Shown here in pieces: positions 47,801 to 57,313 of a stretch of DNA of 59,527 nt. The stretch is from positions 1-59,527 of the IMG/VR virus record IMGVR_UViG_3300027976_000042. The stretch is one strand, 5' to 3'. The notes beneath the pieces were generated by a model. It did not search any database, was not told where the DNA came from, and worked only from the letters and a program-made list of their open reading frames with translations. Source of the stretch: a virus (taxonomy: Duplodnaviria > Caudoviricetes). The position numbers and the translations under genes were made by a program. Within the stretch, counting starts at the first letter, position 1, and the number at the start of each line of letters is the position of its first letter.

Positions 47801-48057
47801 GTCATCTGGTAGTAGGCCTCTGTGAATCTCCAGCCATCCGGGTTCCCGTTTTGCAGGAGGATGTCTTGAACAAACTTGAGGTCGGGGCTGACCATATGAC
47901 TGTCCGTGGTCAGCAAAAGCGGAAGTTTTAGGTCGTTTGCCAGCTCCATCATCTCCAAGTTTATGAACCTCTGGGTGTCACCACTTGGCATGTCGAACGT
48001 GCACTCCTTGCCTACTTTGCCACCTGCCACGCTCCACGATTTGATCCTTTTTCCCAT
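44875..48057 (-). CDS. dnaE: DNA polymerase III alpha (DnaE), large C-terminal part, intein-containing
   Basis: TTDSH, GPGRGSAAG, PDIDLDF, GRHASA, KMDILGL, VFQF, RPG, FQEQ, YSFNK|SHS.AY, C-terminal OB fold (TKKGDAMCF). Confidence 0.95.
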   Translation of the reverse strand: MGKRIKSWSVAGGKVGKECTFDMPSGDTQRFINLEMMELANDLKLPLLLTTDSHMVSPDLKFVQDILLQNGNPDGWRFTEAYYQMTTEQAWDLWSGSLGLADFSSEFKEAVENNELLVSMVDKIHVETRIRMPSVNVPQKVKDKFPEDLDAQYLRMIADLIKEHGRMPRDEPEYITRLEEEIEVIANNGVVNFLPYFLFVEEVCRKARAAGENSGPGRGSAAGCLLAYLLNITHLDPIKWGLSFYRFLSNARIGRRKFPDIDLDFANPSVVAEIMKAELGDRFIRICTLGTIRGRSAIREVSRVVLSTQTDPEKALEVDEVAKALPFAPQGVADSKGWIFGYTDEMEVFHPGIIDEIPIVANFFEKYPQVRRGVEDVLNIPKSIGRHASAYAAADSSIPDIIPICRVNGEECTQYPMGPVEAMGLIKMDILGLNTLKDVSGAVSWVGRIRGKNIDIYDIPLDDEKTWLAFHEGRNETVFQFNKPIGIDLSRRYKPVSILDLAQMTAAGRPGTLFALMPDGETTLVDQWVGVRDMSKNPSFVHPSVKGILEPTGGVCLFQEQITEMFQIACGYSEEEADEIREIVGKKKKDKMDALIPEIRLRLSANGWTESQTESFISLCIAASNYSFNKCIGLDVKLQTPNGDRPIGCIEKGEFVKAYEVATGSEHFVRVTDVMDSEAELWEVELENEMKLQTSINHKYLCEDGTQRPLWEILQNGWRVFTQWPHSDCEITQLSKIVSVRSLGMAPTRDLEVDSKDHNFIANGVVVSNSHSLAYSYLGYVCQYLKENYPVEWWASALQNSSKDDLRANARFCSRYISTPDVISSDVDVFVADKVGRSDKGRIVFPLRMVHGVKTAAEAVIEARPFCSMEELYQKIDRKKANKRVFSALIWSGAMDNLFGVGPRDSILGRNAIYRRYLELRGEKQSSFTDLNEIQVMKAQGDAFPMIEPDYAGYLSRITERSVQCASVVAARADGARTSIGGVVREIKKINTKKGDAMCFISVANQDSTASVTVFSDLYSEVADFLKVRDLVVVNGRINDFGGKRSLVADTIIFPETENQ
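45751..46167 (-). mobile_element. Mini-intein (139 aa) in DnaE, no homing endonuclease
   Basis: CIGLDVKLQTPNG..TSINHKY..TRDLEV..HNFIANGVVVSN followed by Ser; removal restores FNKSHS. Confidence 0.93.
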
Positions 48058-48899
48058 TATAGTATTTCCTCCGTCTCTAGGCTGCCTACAGAGACAACCC
48101 CACTGGATGTTAAATGTTTGATGAAGTCCTTCGTTCCGAATCTCTCGGGTGTAACCGAAATGATTTTCGTGACTCCGGGCTTTCCGGCGGCTTGCTTTGC
48201 GGTCATGTCTCCCAGGTTAGTCTCGAGAATGTCATACGGCATGAATGCACAAGTCTCTCCATCTTCTGTCTCGGCGATGACTACTTCTTTTGCCCAGTCT
48301 GAGTTTGACGGAGTGGGCATCACTTCCACAAATAGTCGACCCTTAAAGATTTTCCTAAGCCTCTTGATTGATTTGGCAGCTTCGTGCCTTTCACCCCTGA
48401 TGAGGGGGTAAGACACTGGCCCGAGAATACACCCGGTGCCGCAAATCAGATTCTCGGAGAAGTTGTAGAGATCTTGCCAGGTCACCCTTGGTTTTGAATT
48501 GCCGAACTTTTTGACAACTCGGCCTTCCTGCCACGATGTGTTGCAGAGACACATCAGGTCTCTGTAACCTGCCGTGTTCCTGGCCCACAGGGTCAGATGG
48601 AAGTAATCGAATTTCGTCCGTTTTTTCCCGGGCTGCTCCACAAACTCGTAGTCGTCTCCAGGGTGAAGGTAGACTTCAACCCCCGGTATGGGCTTTATCT
48701 CCCTCTCCCTGCTGAGGCGAAATAGATCGTAGTGTCCCATGACGTAGCCGTGGTCGGTGCAAGAGCACGCTAAAAGGCTGTGTTTGGTGCACCAATTGAT
48801 GTAATCGCCAACCGTGCTGACAGCATCCAATATGGAATTATCCGTATGGACGTGCAGTGGGTAAATTTTACTCTTGGTCGGGGGCTCCGTTTTTTTCAT
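48057..48899 (-). CDS. dnaE: DnaE N-terminal PHP part encoded as a separate gene
   Basis: LHVHTDNSILD, TDHG, PIPGVEVY, HLTLWARN..GY..L, TGCILG, FVEVMP; start MKKTEPP overlaps the primase stop. Confidence 0.9.
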   Translation of the reverse strand: MKKTEPPTKSKIYPLHVHTDNSILDAVSTVGDYINWCTKHSLLACSCTDHGYVMGHYDLFRLSREREIKPIPGVEVYLHPGDDYEFVEQPGKKRTKFDYFHLTLWARNTAGYRDLMCLCNTSWQEGRVVKKFGNSKPRVTWQDLYNFSENLICGTGCILGPVSYPLIRGERHEAAKSIKRLRKIFKGRLFVEVMPTPSNSDWAKEVVIAETEDGETCAFMPYDILETNLGDMTAKQAAGKPGVTKIISVTPERFGTKDFIKHLTSSGVVSVGSLETEEIL

Positions 48900-49963
48900 A
48901 GGTTTAGTGACTCCCGGAGGAACTTCTTGATTTCGCTTCTTGTGACTTCCTTCTGTCCGGGGTCTTCTCTCCCGGGGAGCTTCCTGACAATTAATCGGCA
49001 AGACTCCATTATTGATTTCATTGCGTCCTCGATCGACCTCTTCTTCATGTCGACTCCACTGTCGGGGACCCAGACGACCGTCTCGAACCTGTTTTTTAGG
49101 ATCCTTATTTGGTGACCCGACGGGACTTCGCCAAAATAGGCGACACTGAATGGTCCGATCTTGTGGACATCAAACACGCCCTCAGATATGACAACCGTGT
49201 CAAACTCTGATGCCGAATCAAGATTGTAAAGAAGGGTCGATTTCCTCATCGACGGGAGGTGGAACCATTTGGGAATGTGGTGATCACCCCATCTCCCCCC
49301 TTCTCCGCTCTTCTCGATGAGATTCCATTTTTTTCCGTCCCAGACCTCTTTTGTCTCTCCTTGAACCAGATCCCTTTCGATTCTCCTGGCGGTCCACCCA
49401 ACGGGCTCCCCTCCTTGCATCACGGGGAACACAATCCGGCCTTCCGTTTTGAGCTCTCCATTCATCAACTCGAACTGACCCTCAGCACAATACAAAGCCG
49501 CGAATGGATGGTCCTCTGATGCAAATTCATCTGGATCCATCCCTCGGTGGACTTCGAGATACTCATAGGCCGGGTGCCCGCGGGGGAGGTCATGCAATGG
49601 AATTGTCCTTCCTGGCGCCAGGATCTTTCCGTCGGCCCACCTTTGGCTCTTGCCCTGGGAGGCAATGAAACCACTCCTGTGCTGACCCTGTGGTTCGGTT
49701 CTGTCTCTGACCAGGTGAAGATGACCATACCTCCTTGAAACTATCCCATCAAAAAACGAGGCCCATGCGTCTCCGCTTCGGCTGCAGTCCTGACAGTGAA
49801 AGGCCCCTCCCTCGTTGATGTAGAGTTTATATCGCCCCCCTTTTTGATGAGGGAATGGGCAGTGGACTACAAACTCCGATCCATTTCTACCATACGTTTC
49901 CCGGGCTTCGGGGAACACTCTCTGCACTATCTCGACGGTGAGTGGATTTTTTTCCTTACTCAT
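48896..49963 (-). CDS. dnaG: DnaG-like DNA primase
   Basis: Zn finger CPFPH..FHCQDC, GRIVFPV, GWTAR, LLYN, TOPRIM EGVFD, EDPG. Confidence 0.88.
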   Translation of the reverse strand: MSKEKNPLTVEIVQRVFPEARETYGRNGSEFVVHCPFPHQKGGRYKLYINEGGAFHCQDCSRSGDAWASFFDGIVSRRYGHLHLVRDRTEPQGQHRSGFIASQGKSQRWADGKILAPGRTIPLHDLPRGHPAYEYLEVHRGMDPDEFASEDHPFAALYCAEGQFELMNGELKTEGRIVFPVMQGGEPVGWTARRIERDLVQGETKEVWDGKKWNLIEKSGEGGRWGDHHIPKWFHLPSMRKSTLLYNLDSASEFDTVVISEGVFDVHKIGPFSVAYFGEVPSGHQIRILKNRFETVVWVPDSGVDMKKRSIEDAMKSIMESCRLIVRKLPGREDPGQKEVTRSEIKKFLRESLNL

Positions 49964-51426
49964 TACGCAAAATCCTCCTCCAGGGTTGAGGACCTTGTCC
50001 CTGGCTCAGCCCTTCTGGACGCTGCGCCGACAGCCGGCATGTCGCTGTTTTGGTCATAGTCGTAGAAGGTCTGGGTAGCCCCATCTCCTCTGATCTTTAT
50101 TTTGAATTTGTCACCGTCTCGGTTTTTGGCACATCGGAAGTTGAATATTCCTTCCGAGAGCTGTGCCTCGGATCCCCCAAGGGAACACCAGATCGAGATC
50201 GGGTCGTTCTTCTTTCTGGAGTCTCGAGCCGCAGTAAGCCCGGGAGCGGTGTTCTTGTTTCCCTCGTCGTTGGCCTGGGTCAGTATCCACCCAGCCACCC
50301 GCTGGCTTCCAAACACTGAAGTCAGTTGCTTGGACATTTCTCCAATCTTGTCTCGAGTGTCTTTGTTTGCCGCATCAAATTCCTTTGTCTGGGGGAGGCC
50401 CATGATCTCCAGGTAATCAGCCACTGCGAGTTTTGGGTCCTTACCCTCTTCCCTTAGCTTCTCGAGTTTTGCCTCCACATCAAGGAAGGTCGGAGTCCTA
50501 TCTATGATTTCGCAGATATCCAGAAATTCGAGTGCGTTTCTGATTGTAGCGTCTGAGTCGATTCTCCTTTCTAGTTCTTCTTGCACCTCCTCGTTGATCT
50601 GCGTTCGGCTTTTGACTCCGGTGTAATCGCCTTTCCAGATCAGGTCGTAAGGGTATCCAATCAGGGACGAGACGTATCGGCACATCAACTGCTCCGCCGG
50701 CATCTCGAATGAGAAGAAAGTCGAGTGCTTCCTGATCCTTGCGTTTCTCTGGCATATGTGAAGTCCAAATGATGATTTTCCATAGCCAGTGTAGGCACAG
50801 ATCATCCCGGCTTGTCCAACTGGCAGGCCACCTCCAAGCATCGAGTCAACTGAGTCAAGGCCAACGCCGATGACCTCTTTGTCATCATTCGGAAGGAAGG
50901 TCTGAAGCAGGTCCATTGCCCGGGTAGGCCTATCCCCTTGGCCGGAAGACATCGCCCTGGCTCGTCGGTAGATCGACGTTAGATTGCCTGCGATCGACTC
51001 TGGGCTGTCCAGGTCGCCCTCCGACACACCCAGGATTTCCCTCCGTGTTCTCTGGTAAGCCACGAACCTGGGGATCATCTCCATGATCAGGGTCGGGTGA
51101 AGGCTTACTTCCCCGATTTCATCTAAAACATCTTCAACGTCCTGGATCTCCTCTCTGGTTATCTGGCCTGATTTTGCCATTTCCGCAAGCACAGGGACCA
51201 AATAGTCAATGGGGGCGCAATCGTCACCACCGGCAGCAAAAGACCTGTGCCCCTCTGAAAACTCCTGCATCGCCAGGAACACTGCCCGGTGCGATGGAAC
51301 GTCGAAGTCAGTTTGGGATATTTCCCCTCTGACAAGAAGGCGCTTTACTGGGGCCGACCTCCACAGGTGACTCAGGAGGTTCAACTGCCAGTGTCGATTG
51401 AAAAGCTCGTGCTGACCTAAATTCAT
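49963..51426 (-). CDS. dnaB: DnaB-like replicative helicase
   Basis: Walker A AYTGYGKS, FSFEM, VADYL, LTQAN, AKNRDG. Confidence 0.9.
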   Translation of the reverse strand: MNLGQHELFNRHWQLNLLSHLWRSAPVKRLLVRGEISQTDFDVPSHRAVFLAMQEFSEGHRSFAAGGDDCAPIDYLVPVLAEMAKSGQITREEIQDVEDVLDEIGEVSLHPTLIMEMIPRFVAYQRTRREILGVSEGDLDSPESIAGNLTSIYRRARAMSSGQGDRPTRAMDLLQTFLPNDDKEVIGVGLDSVDSMLGGGLPVGQAGMICAYTGYGKSSFGLHICQRNARIRKHSTFFSFEMPAEQLMCRYVSSLIGYPYDLIWKGDYTGVKSRTQINEEVQEELERRIDSDATIRNALEFLDICEIIDRTPTFLDVEAKLEKLREEGKDPKLAVADYLEIMGLPQTKEFDAANKDTRDKIGEMSKQLTSVFGSQRVAGWILTQANDEGNKNTAPGLTAARDSRKKNDPISIWCSLGGSEAQLSEGIFNFRCAKNRDGDKFKIKIRGDGATQTFYDYDQNSDMPAVGAASRRAEPGTRSSTLEEDFA

Positions 51427-51967
51427 AATTTTTCAAAATGTGACACTTCAGGTCACGATCCCACTTCATCTTCTCTGCCGCCACTTTCCCTAAGCTTGCT
51501 TGGACCTCGGGGAAATCGACCTCCGAGCAGTGTATCACCTTCGAGAGTGCCGAGAAGTCACTGAGTCGTATCGCTTCGTCGAGCGGAGTCCCATGACTTA
51601 GGACCATCATCGACAACCTCTCCTTTTCCAAGATGAATTTCCTGAGCCCCATTGATGGCCCGTCCCGGTAAGTCTCGTGGTATGAGTTTATGGCCCACTC
51701 GCTTCCGATCGACGCCAGGTATGGGTAAGCGCCGGGACACGTGAGAAACAGGGCTCTCATGAACTCATAGGGGTCGGCCTTTGCCGATTCCACAAATTCG
51801 GAAGCCCTGGCTATGGCGTTTTTCGTTTTCTTGCAGTTTACCGGGATGAAGTTTTTTCTCTCGCTGCCGGACCTCAGGAGCCCGTAGGCCATCTTCAGGT
51901 GCTCGGCGGTGGAGGCCGCTGGTCTCGAGATTGAGAATTTTATTGGGAGATCAACCTTCTTTGTCAT
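51308..51967 (-). CDS. Hypothetical protein upstream of the helicase
   Basis: Start MTKKVDL by ATGA overlap; 3' end overlaps the helicase start. Confidence 0.6.
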   Translation of the reverse strand: MTKKVDLPIKFSISRPAASTAEHLKMAYGLLRSGSERKNFIPVNCKKTKNAIARASEFVESAKADPYEFMRALFLTCPGAYPYLASIGSEWAINSYHETYRDGPSMGLRKFILEKERLSMMVLSHGTPLDEAIRLSDFSALSKVIHCSEVDFPEVQASLGKVAAEKMKWDRDLKCHILKNYEFRSARAFQSTLAVEPPESPVEVGPSKAPSCQRGNIPN

Positions 51968-53349
51968 TTCTCGGCCTTTTCTTTCTTCAGCTCCTGGAAC
52001 CACGGCTGAGCAATGAGCCACGCTTCCCCTTTCGGAGTTACGACGGTTTGAAGGCCCCTCACGTATTCTCTAATCTTACCGTTCCAAATCTTGGGCCGAG
52101 TGATCCTGAAACGCCTTTTGTCCGGGACTGACTCGTAAGGCACCAAAGACCCGACCCTGGATGGACTTCCCTGAAACCGATAGAGAATTTTCCTGTCCAG
52201 GAGGTTCTTGAAAAAACTGGCTGGGCAGACTTTGTGAGATTTGGCCACCTCCATCAGCGACAGCTCCCCCGGAGCTTTGTCCATGCTGTCCACAAAATTC
52301 ACTGCCGGCTCCTGAAATTTGATGACCTTATTGGCTTTCTCAAGCTTTTCGCTCACCTCGGTCAATTTTGCAAGAGATCCTGAGTCGATCTCTGCCTTGG
52401 TCATCAACCTCTCGACCGCATCTGCGCAGATCCTGAGGGCTTGGGCCAGGTCCTGTGGCGTTTCGATGCTGATCTGATGAGTGCGCAAGGCCATCATTTT
52501 GTCAAATACAGCTACCGCCGCCTCCTTCGAGTAACTCATCATCAGAATCATGCACTCCCTCTGAGGTAGCTGGTAGTAAGGCTGTGGCCGACCGAGCGCA
52601 TCAAAATAGATCTGCTCAAACTTGAGCAGATCTCCGCTCAGCCCCTTCGCTGTCGACCGAACGTCCCGCAGCACGTTACGGTGAGGTTTATTGGTGATGG
52701 CCGCGATCTCTAGAGTCGAGATGGATACCGGACCATTTCCCGTGCGGGCCGTCTCGTCGAGAACGTCCAGTTCAATCCGGCTTCCATTTTCATCACTGGG
52801 TGTCGTGGCGGGCTCGGCATCTGCGTCTGCACCCCCAAGTCCCTGACTCTTTTGGGATAAAAACTCCTCTTCCTCTGCCCTGGCTTTTTCTCTGTTGCTT
52901 ACTGACGGATCGACCTTCTGATTTTCTGAGATCACTGATTCAGCAAGAAGATAAGGAGTCTGAATCGCGGCTACAACTTTTGCAAAATCGTGCGCCCTGG
53001 ACTGTGGCTTGCGCATCAGAGAGTAAGCCTTCAAAATGCCGGCTTTTGTCCAGAGATCGTAATGCAGTGAGTCGCTGTCTTTTTTGTGAATGCGCCCATA
53101 TCTACTCCCCTTGAGGATGTGAACCCCGTCCTCCAGGATTCCGGCGTTCCTCCTTTTGATTCCGCGCAGCGCCCCCTGCGAGATGCCAAAGCCTTTTGCC
53201 GCCGACTTGGGGGTCATTACCACCGTGTGATCTTTGTACATCCTGGCCGGGACTTCCACTCCGTTTACCTCTATGGTAATTTTGCCGAATTGAGTGCACA
53301 TATTAAATTCCAGCTGTTCGTAATTGTTGCTGTTTTTGTTGTCGCTCAT
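51964..53349 (-). CDS. Rha family regulator/antirepressor with KilAC (ANT) C-terminus and an extra N-terminal DNA-binding domain
   Basis: ISTLEIAAITNKPHRNVLRD (Rha); FVD..LSLMEVAK..QTVVTPKGEAWL (KilAC); N-terminal AKGFG..LEDGVH..LWTKAG. Confidence 0.8.
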   Translation of the reverse strand: MSDNKNSNNYEQLEFNMCTQFGKITIEVNGVEVPARMYKDHTVVMTPKSAAKGFGISQGALRGIKRRNAGILEDGVHILKGSRYGRIHKKDSDSLHYDLWTKAGILKAYSLMRKPQSRAHDFAKVVAAIQTPYLLAESVISENQKVDPSVSNREKARAEEEEFLSQKSQGLGGADADAEPATTPSDENGSRIELDVLDETARTGNGPVSISTLEIAAITNKPHRNVLRDVRSTAKGLSGDLLKFEQIYFDALGRPQPYYQLPQRECMILMMSYSKEAAVAVFDKMMALRTHQISIETPQDLAQALRICADAVERLMTKAEIDSGSLAKLTEVSEKLEKANKVIKFQEPAVNFVDSMDKAPGELSLMEVAKSHKVCPASFFKNLLDRKILYRFQGSPSRVGSLVPYESVPDKRRFRITRPKIWNGKIREYVRGLQTVVTPKGEAWLIAQPWFQELKKEKAEK

Positions 53350-53579
53350 AGTTCTCTAAACTTTGGCTCTTTTTGGGTTTCTAAATTTTTGACCTTCTCC
53401 TGCATCGAAGTTATTTCGGCCTTTGCCTCCCTGAGTCTGGACTCAGATATCAGTAGATGCTCTCTCAGTTCCGCTTCCTCCGTGGCTCTGTCTGCCGGCT
53501 TGACACTCTCTGTCTTACGCATTCCGGCCGAAAATGCCAGGAGGGCAAGGCAGAAGAACCACAGCGCTAAAGATGCCAC
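53346..53579 (-). CDS. Small membrane-anchored coiled-coil protein
   Basis: N-terminal hydrophobic helix and heptad tail; ATGA overlap. Confidence 0.5.
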   Translation of the reverse strand: MASLALWFFCLALLAFSAGMRKTESVKPADRATEEAELREHLLISESRLREAKAEITSMQEKVKNLETQKEPKFREL

Positions 53580-53628
53580 GACGACTGCCAGGCGTTTATG
53601 CCTATTGTAACTGGATGATTTTTTCCGC

Positions 53629-55107
53629 TCATTCTGGTGTCTCCAAAAAAGAGATTTCTCTGTGGTGCTCCGGCCTTAGGATTTCATATCCACGGTCTCG
53701 ATAAACTGAGATCCTGGTGGCAGACTTCCTTTTCGTCTGATTGTCAAATCGGTCGTCAAATGTGACGATATATCCGACCGTCTTGCCCGGAGCTTTTCGG
53801 CGGCATCGTCCGGCCCTTTGGGACACCTTGACGTTTGACGACGTCCAATTGGCGTCGATCACCACGCGGAGATTACTCGGGTCAACTCCCTCTCCCATTG
53901 CGTCGGTTGAAACAATTCGGAGAAGATCTCCGGATTCAAACCCCTCCAGTATCCTGGTGTATTCGTCGGCCGGCAGGTCGGAATGGAAAAGTTCAAACCC
54001 CTCTGGGAGGTATTTCTCGGCGAGAATTTTCGCATGTTCCAGGGTCCTGACAAAAACAATGGTCTGCCACTCAGGGGGAACTTTCTCGGCTACCTCCGCT
54101 ATGATTTTGTTTCTTGTTGGGTTTCTCCAGATCGCTCTTCTCTCTGCGGAGATCGGAGATTTTATGTCTGAGATGTTTGGGCCCCTTTCTACTGGTGCCA
54201 CGAAGATTTTTAGTGGGACGACCCGTCCGAGTTCTTCTGCCTGCTCATCTGATATGACAGAGCAGACACCGCCAAAGATCCCTTCTATGAGGTGGTGCCG
54301 ACCATCGAACCTGTCGACCACAGTTCCACTGAGTCCAAATTTGACCGAGTTGTGGAACTTGGTGAGGGCCTTGGTCTGAAGTGGTGCTGCTGCGTGGTGG
54401 ACCTCATCGTAAATCAGGCATCCGGTGGCATCCGGGTCAAACCGATCGAGGACCGCATTTGTGCAGACTACGACGTCTCCATTTTTGAATTTGGCACCTT
54501 GCCTTGTTCCGACGGTTATCCCGTCGTCTTTCAGGAGCTCTTTCAGGCCCGTCACGAGGCGACGAACCACTGTGGCGCTCTTGGTGGTGACCACGACTCC
54601 AGATCCCCTGTAGGCTCGGCAGAGCGCAGCAATGAGATAGGTCTTGCCGTATCCCATCGTTGCGTCTACAACGGCCCCACCAGCCAGGTGATTCTCACCG
54701 TCCCAGACCTGAGACAGGGCATCGATCACCACCAACTTCTGATCGTCCTTGAGCCCCCGGACTATGGACCGGTTGATAATTGGGATTGGTGCCGAGTATT
54801 CAAGCCTTTGGATCAAAATCCCGGACATCCCCCGGGCAATCAGGATATCTCGGACTCTCCCCAGGAATCCATCATAGGTGGAGATCTCACCTTCCTTACC
54901 TTCCCGATACATTCTGTATGTTCTGGTAATTATCCTTTTTGTGTTTCTGAATCCGGTGTGCCTCACTCCATTCCCGTCGACGTAGGAGTATTCCTCGGTT
55001 GCCATCTCCTTGGCCTTGTAGGTCAGCTTCTTTTTGATCTCCTCGGTAGCCAGGCTGAACGGGATTCTCAAGGCTCCGCACCTCAGGGTAAGGGTAATTT
55101 CATTCAT
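53629..55107 (-). CDS. Superfamily 2 (DExH) helicase, UvsW/Rad25-like
   Basis: ATMGYGKT, DEVHH, GLSGT, EGVD, QRAGRCRR; start MNEITL. Confidence 0.9.
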   Translation of the reverse strand: MNEITLTLRCGALRIPFSLATEEIKKKLTYKAKEMATEEYSYVDGNGVRHTGFRNTKRIITRTYRMYREGKEGEISTYDGFLGRVRDILIARGMSGILIQRLEYSAPIPIINRSIVRGLKDDQKLVVIDALSQVWDGENHLAGGAVVDATMGYGKTYLIAALCRAYRGSGVVVTTKSATVVRRLVTGLKELLKDDGITVGTRQGAKFKNGDVVVCTNAVLDRFDPDATGCLIYDEVHHAAAPLQTKALTKFHNSVKFGLSGTVVDRFDGRHHLIEGIFGGVCSVISDEQAEELGRVVPLKIFVAPVERGPNISDIKSPISAERRAIWRNPTRNKIIAEVAEKVPPEWQTIVFVRTLEHAKILAEKYLPEGFELFHSDLPADEYTRILEGFESGDLLRIVSTDAMGEGVDPSNLRVVIDANWTSSNVKVSQRAGRCRRKAPGKTVGYIVTFDDRFDNQTKRKSATRISVYRDRGYEILRPEHHREISFLETPE

Positions 55108-57313
55108 TTTCGATTGTAATAATCTGGTCAAAGCTCTCCATGAGTGATGTGTCGTGGGTGACGACGAGGTATTGGGTTCCGGACTCCCTGGCCAAGTTGG
55201 CCATCCTTTCCATGACCCTGGGGAGATGGGCGACCTTTTTCTTGTCAAGCCATACCGTGGGTTCGTCAAGGACCAGGAATCCAGCGCCGGCGCAAAAGGT
55301 CTCGGCGGCTGCCAACCGAAAAGCGACGGACAGGGCTACCTGTTCCCCGCCGGAGAGGTCCTGTGGGGACATTACCTTTCCCATCACTCGCCCCCCGAAA
55401 ACGCAGTCAAAGTCAAAACCCTCTTTCGCATCGACGTAGAAATTTGATTCCAGAGCGTCGAGGTAATCATTGATCCTTGCGCTGATTTTTTTCACCCTTG
55501 CGCTGACGATCTTCTTTGGGGCCGCGGAGTAATGGAAGATAGACCTTACCCCGGACACAATCCTTCTGGACTTTTCCGAGGCGCTCAAGTCTTTTTCAAA
55601 CCCCAAGGCTCTTCCCAGTTCTTTCCTCAGATCCTCGAGTTCGGCCTGGCAATTCCAAACCTTTGCTCTCGCGGGGGCCACTAGCGATTTCTTATCGGAC
55701 AGCTTTCCCTTAATCCTGTCCAGTTTCTCAAGCTCTTTTATCGCCTCTGCGGCCGATGCGAACTCAACCTCGGAGTCTTGAATGTCAAACTCTCTGGTTT
55801 GTTTGAGCTCGGCCTCCATGGCGAGCAGGGACTTTTGCTTTACCCCTAGGGCTTCTTCATCCGCCTTGATCCCTGATGTGACGTTCCGGACCTGCTCAAT
55901 AACCTGTTCCAGTTTACTCGATTGAGTGATTCTTCCCCAGGTCTCAATAGCCGAGTCTGACGCTACCTTCAGTTCTTCCTGGGCTTCTTTGATCTGAGAT
56001 TCATAGTTCTCAAGCTTCCACTCGCTTTTGGAAATCTCTTTTGTTATCGAGTCCACCTTCGCGACTTTGCCGTCTAGTTTCGCTTTCAGGGACGAAACCT
56101 CGTCTCCGCTCTCGGATAGGATCTTCCTGCCCCTGTCGTATTCTTCCTGGATCTTTTCCGTGTCTTCCTCTGTCAGTCCGCTTCTCAGGCAGGTTAGACA
56201 TTCGGCGTTGTCTCCGGTAAGCAAAGCCCGCCTTGCGACGTCCTGGTCTTTTGCGCTTCGGAAGTCGTCGCTAAGGGTCTGGATTTCAATCTTGAGTTTT
56301 TCCACTTCTGTCACCAGCTTGGTGACAGACTTGCCCGACTCCTTTTTGACTTCCTCAAGGTCTTGCCTGAGTGGATCTGCGGACCTTCTTAGGGTTTTGA
56401 TTTTCTCGGTCAGGCTCTCGATTTTTTGCGAGTAACCAAGCCTTTCTTTGAGATCAGCCAGTGATACCCCATGAATCTCCACTCTTTTGGCGGCTACACT
56501 TTCTTTGAGCTCTTCGATTTCAGATCTGACTCCGGAAACCCGTCCGACGATCAGAGACTCTTGGGTGCTCGTCTCACGAAATTTGATCCAGTTTCTAGCT
56601 GGGACCGCTCTTTGGGATTCGAACTCCTTCATCTGCTCGTCGACATCGCTGACCTCGCGCTCCAGATCTTGAAGCAGAAGCTCTGCCTCATCTGTTGCTT
56701 TTTCCGCCTCCGGAATCAGGATCTCGGTCAACTCCTTGGATGGACGATACCCGTGTGGAACCTTGGGGATTGGAATGTCTGAAAGAACCTGGGCTATCGT
56801 TGCTTCGATCGTCTCTGCTTTCTCAACCCCAAAGAACGACATCGCCATCCTTTCCCTGACTGAACTCTTCGGGTCGAACAGAAGTGAGGTGATGTCCGTC
56901 TGGGGCGTGAATATGACCCCCTTTAGGACGGTGGCTGGATATGGGAACAACTCAGCCATCGCGGCATTCACCGGCCCCGAAGCTGTCTTTGGTGACCAAC
57001 TCAGCGGATCGCCATTGTGGTCCTTTCCACTCAGTGAGCAGCCGGACCCGTCGAGATCCCTTGAAACGGTAACAGTCTCCAGGCCATCATTGGTCATCCA
57101 GTCAAGAATCACAGACCCCTTCCTTTCTCCGTAGGTGATCATCTTGTCTTTTTTCTTCCGAAAAGATCCTGTAATGGCCTCTCCTATGGATGAGACAAAA
57201 TTGGTCTTGCCGCTTCCATTCTCCCCGACTATCCCGATTAGATTGCCGGTGAAGGTCACGTCCAGCTCTCGGTGTTGGCAGTAGTTGTTTAGGCGTAGCC
57301 TGAGAAGTTTCAT
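55100..57313 (-). CDS. sbcC: SbcC/Rad50-like SMC ATPase
   Basis: GENGSGKT, Q-loop PQ, coiled coils with CLTC hook, LSGGEQ, LDEP, VTH. Confidence 0.93.
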   Translation of the reverse strand: MKLLRLRLNNYCQHRELDVTFTGNLIGIVGENGSGKTNFVSSIGEAITGSFRKKKDKMITYGERKGSVILDWMTNDGLETVTVSRDLDGSGCSLSGKDHNGDPLSWSPKTASGPVNAAMAELFPYPATVLKGVIFTPQTDITSLLFDPKSSVRERMAMSFFGVEKAETIEATIAQVLSDIPIPKVPHGYRPSKELTEILIPEAEKATDEAELLLQDLEREVSDVDEQMKEFESQRAVPARNWIKFRETSTQESLIVGRVSGVRSEIEELKESVAAKRVEIHGVSLADLKERLGYSQKIESLTEKIKTLRRSADPLRQDLEEVKKESGKSVTKLVTEVEKLKIEIQTLSDDFRSAKDQDVARRALLTGDNAECLTCLRSGLTEEDTEKIQEEYDRGRKILSESGDEVSSLKAKLDGKVAKVDSITKEISKSEWKLENYESQIKEAQEELKVASDSAIETWGRITQSSKLEQVIEQVRNVTSGIKADEEALGVKQKSLLAMEAELKQTREFDIQDSEVEFASAAEAIKELEKLDRIKGKLSDKKSLVAPARAKVWNCQAELEDLRKELGRALGFEKDLSASEKSRRIVSGVRSIFHYSAAPKKIVSARVKKISARINDYLDALESNFYVDAKEGFDFDCVFGGRVMGKVMSPQDLSGGEQVALSVAFRLAAAETFCAGAGFLVLDEPTVWLDKKKVAHLPRVMERMANLARESGTQYLVVTHDTSLMESFDQIITIENE

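Noticed and set aside
47985-48255. Split intein at the DnaE break (CAFMPYDILETNLG.. tail; MGKRIKS.. head)
   Set aside because: Only superficial resemblance to block A; no TxxH block B and no terminal HN/SN followed by C/S/T in the second gene
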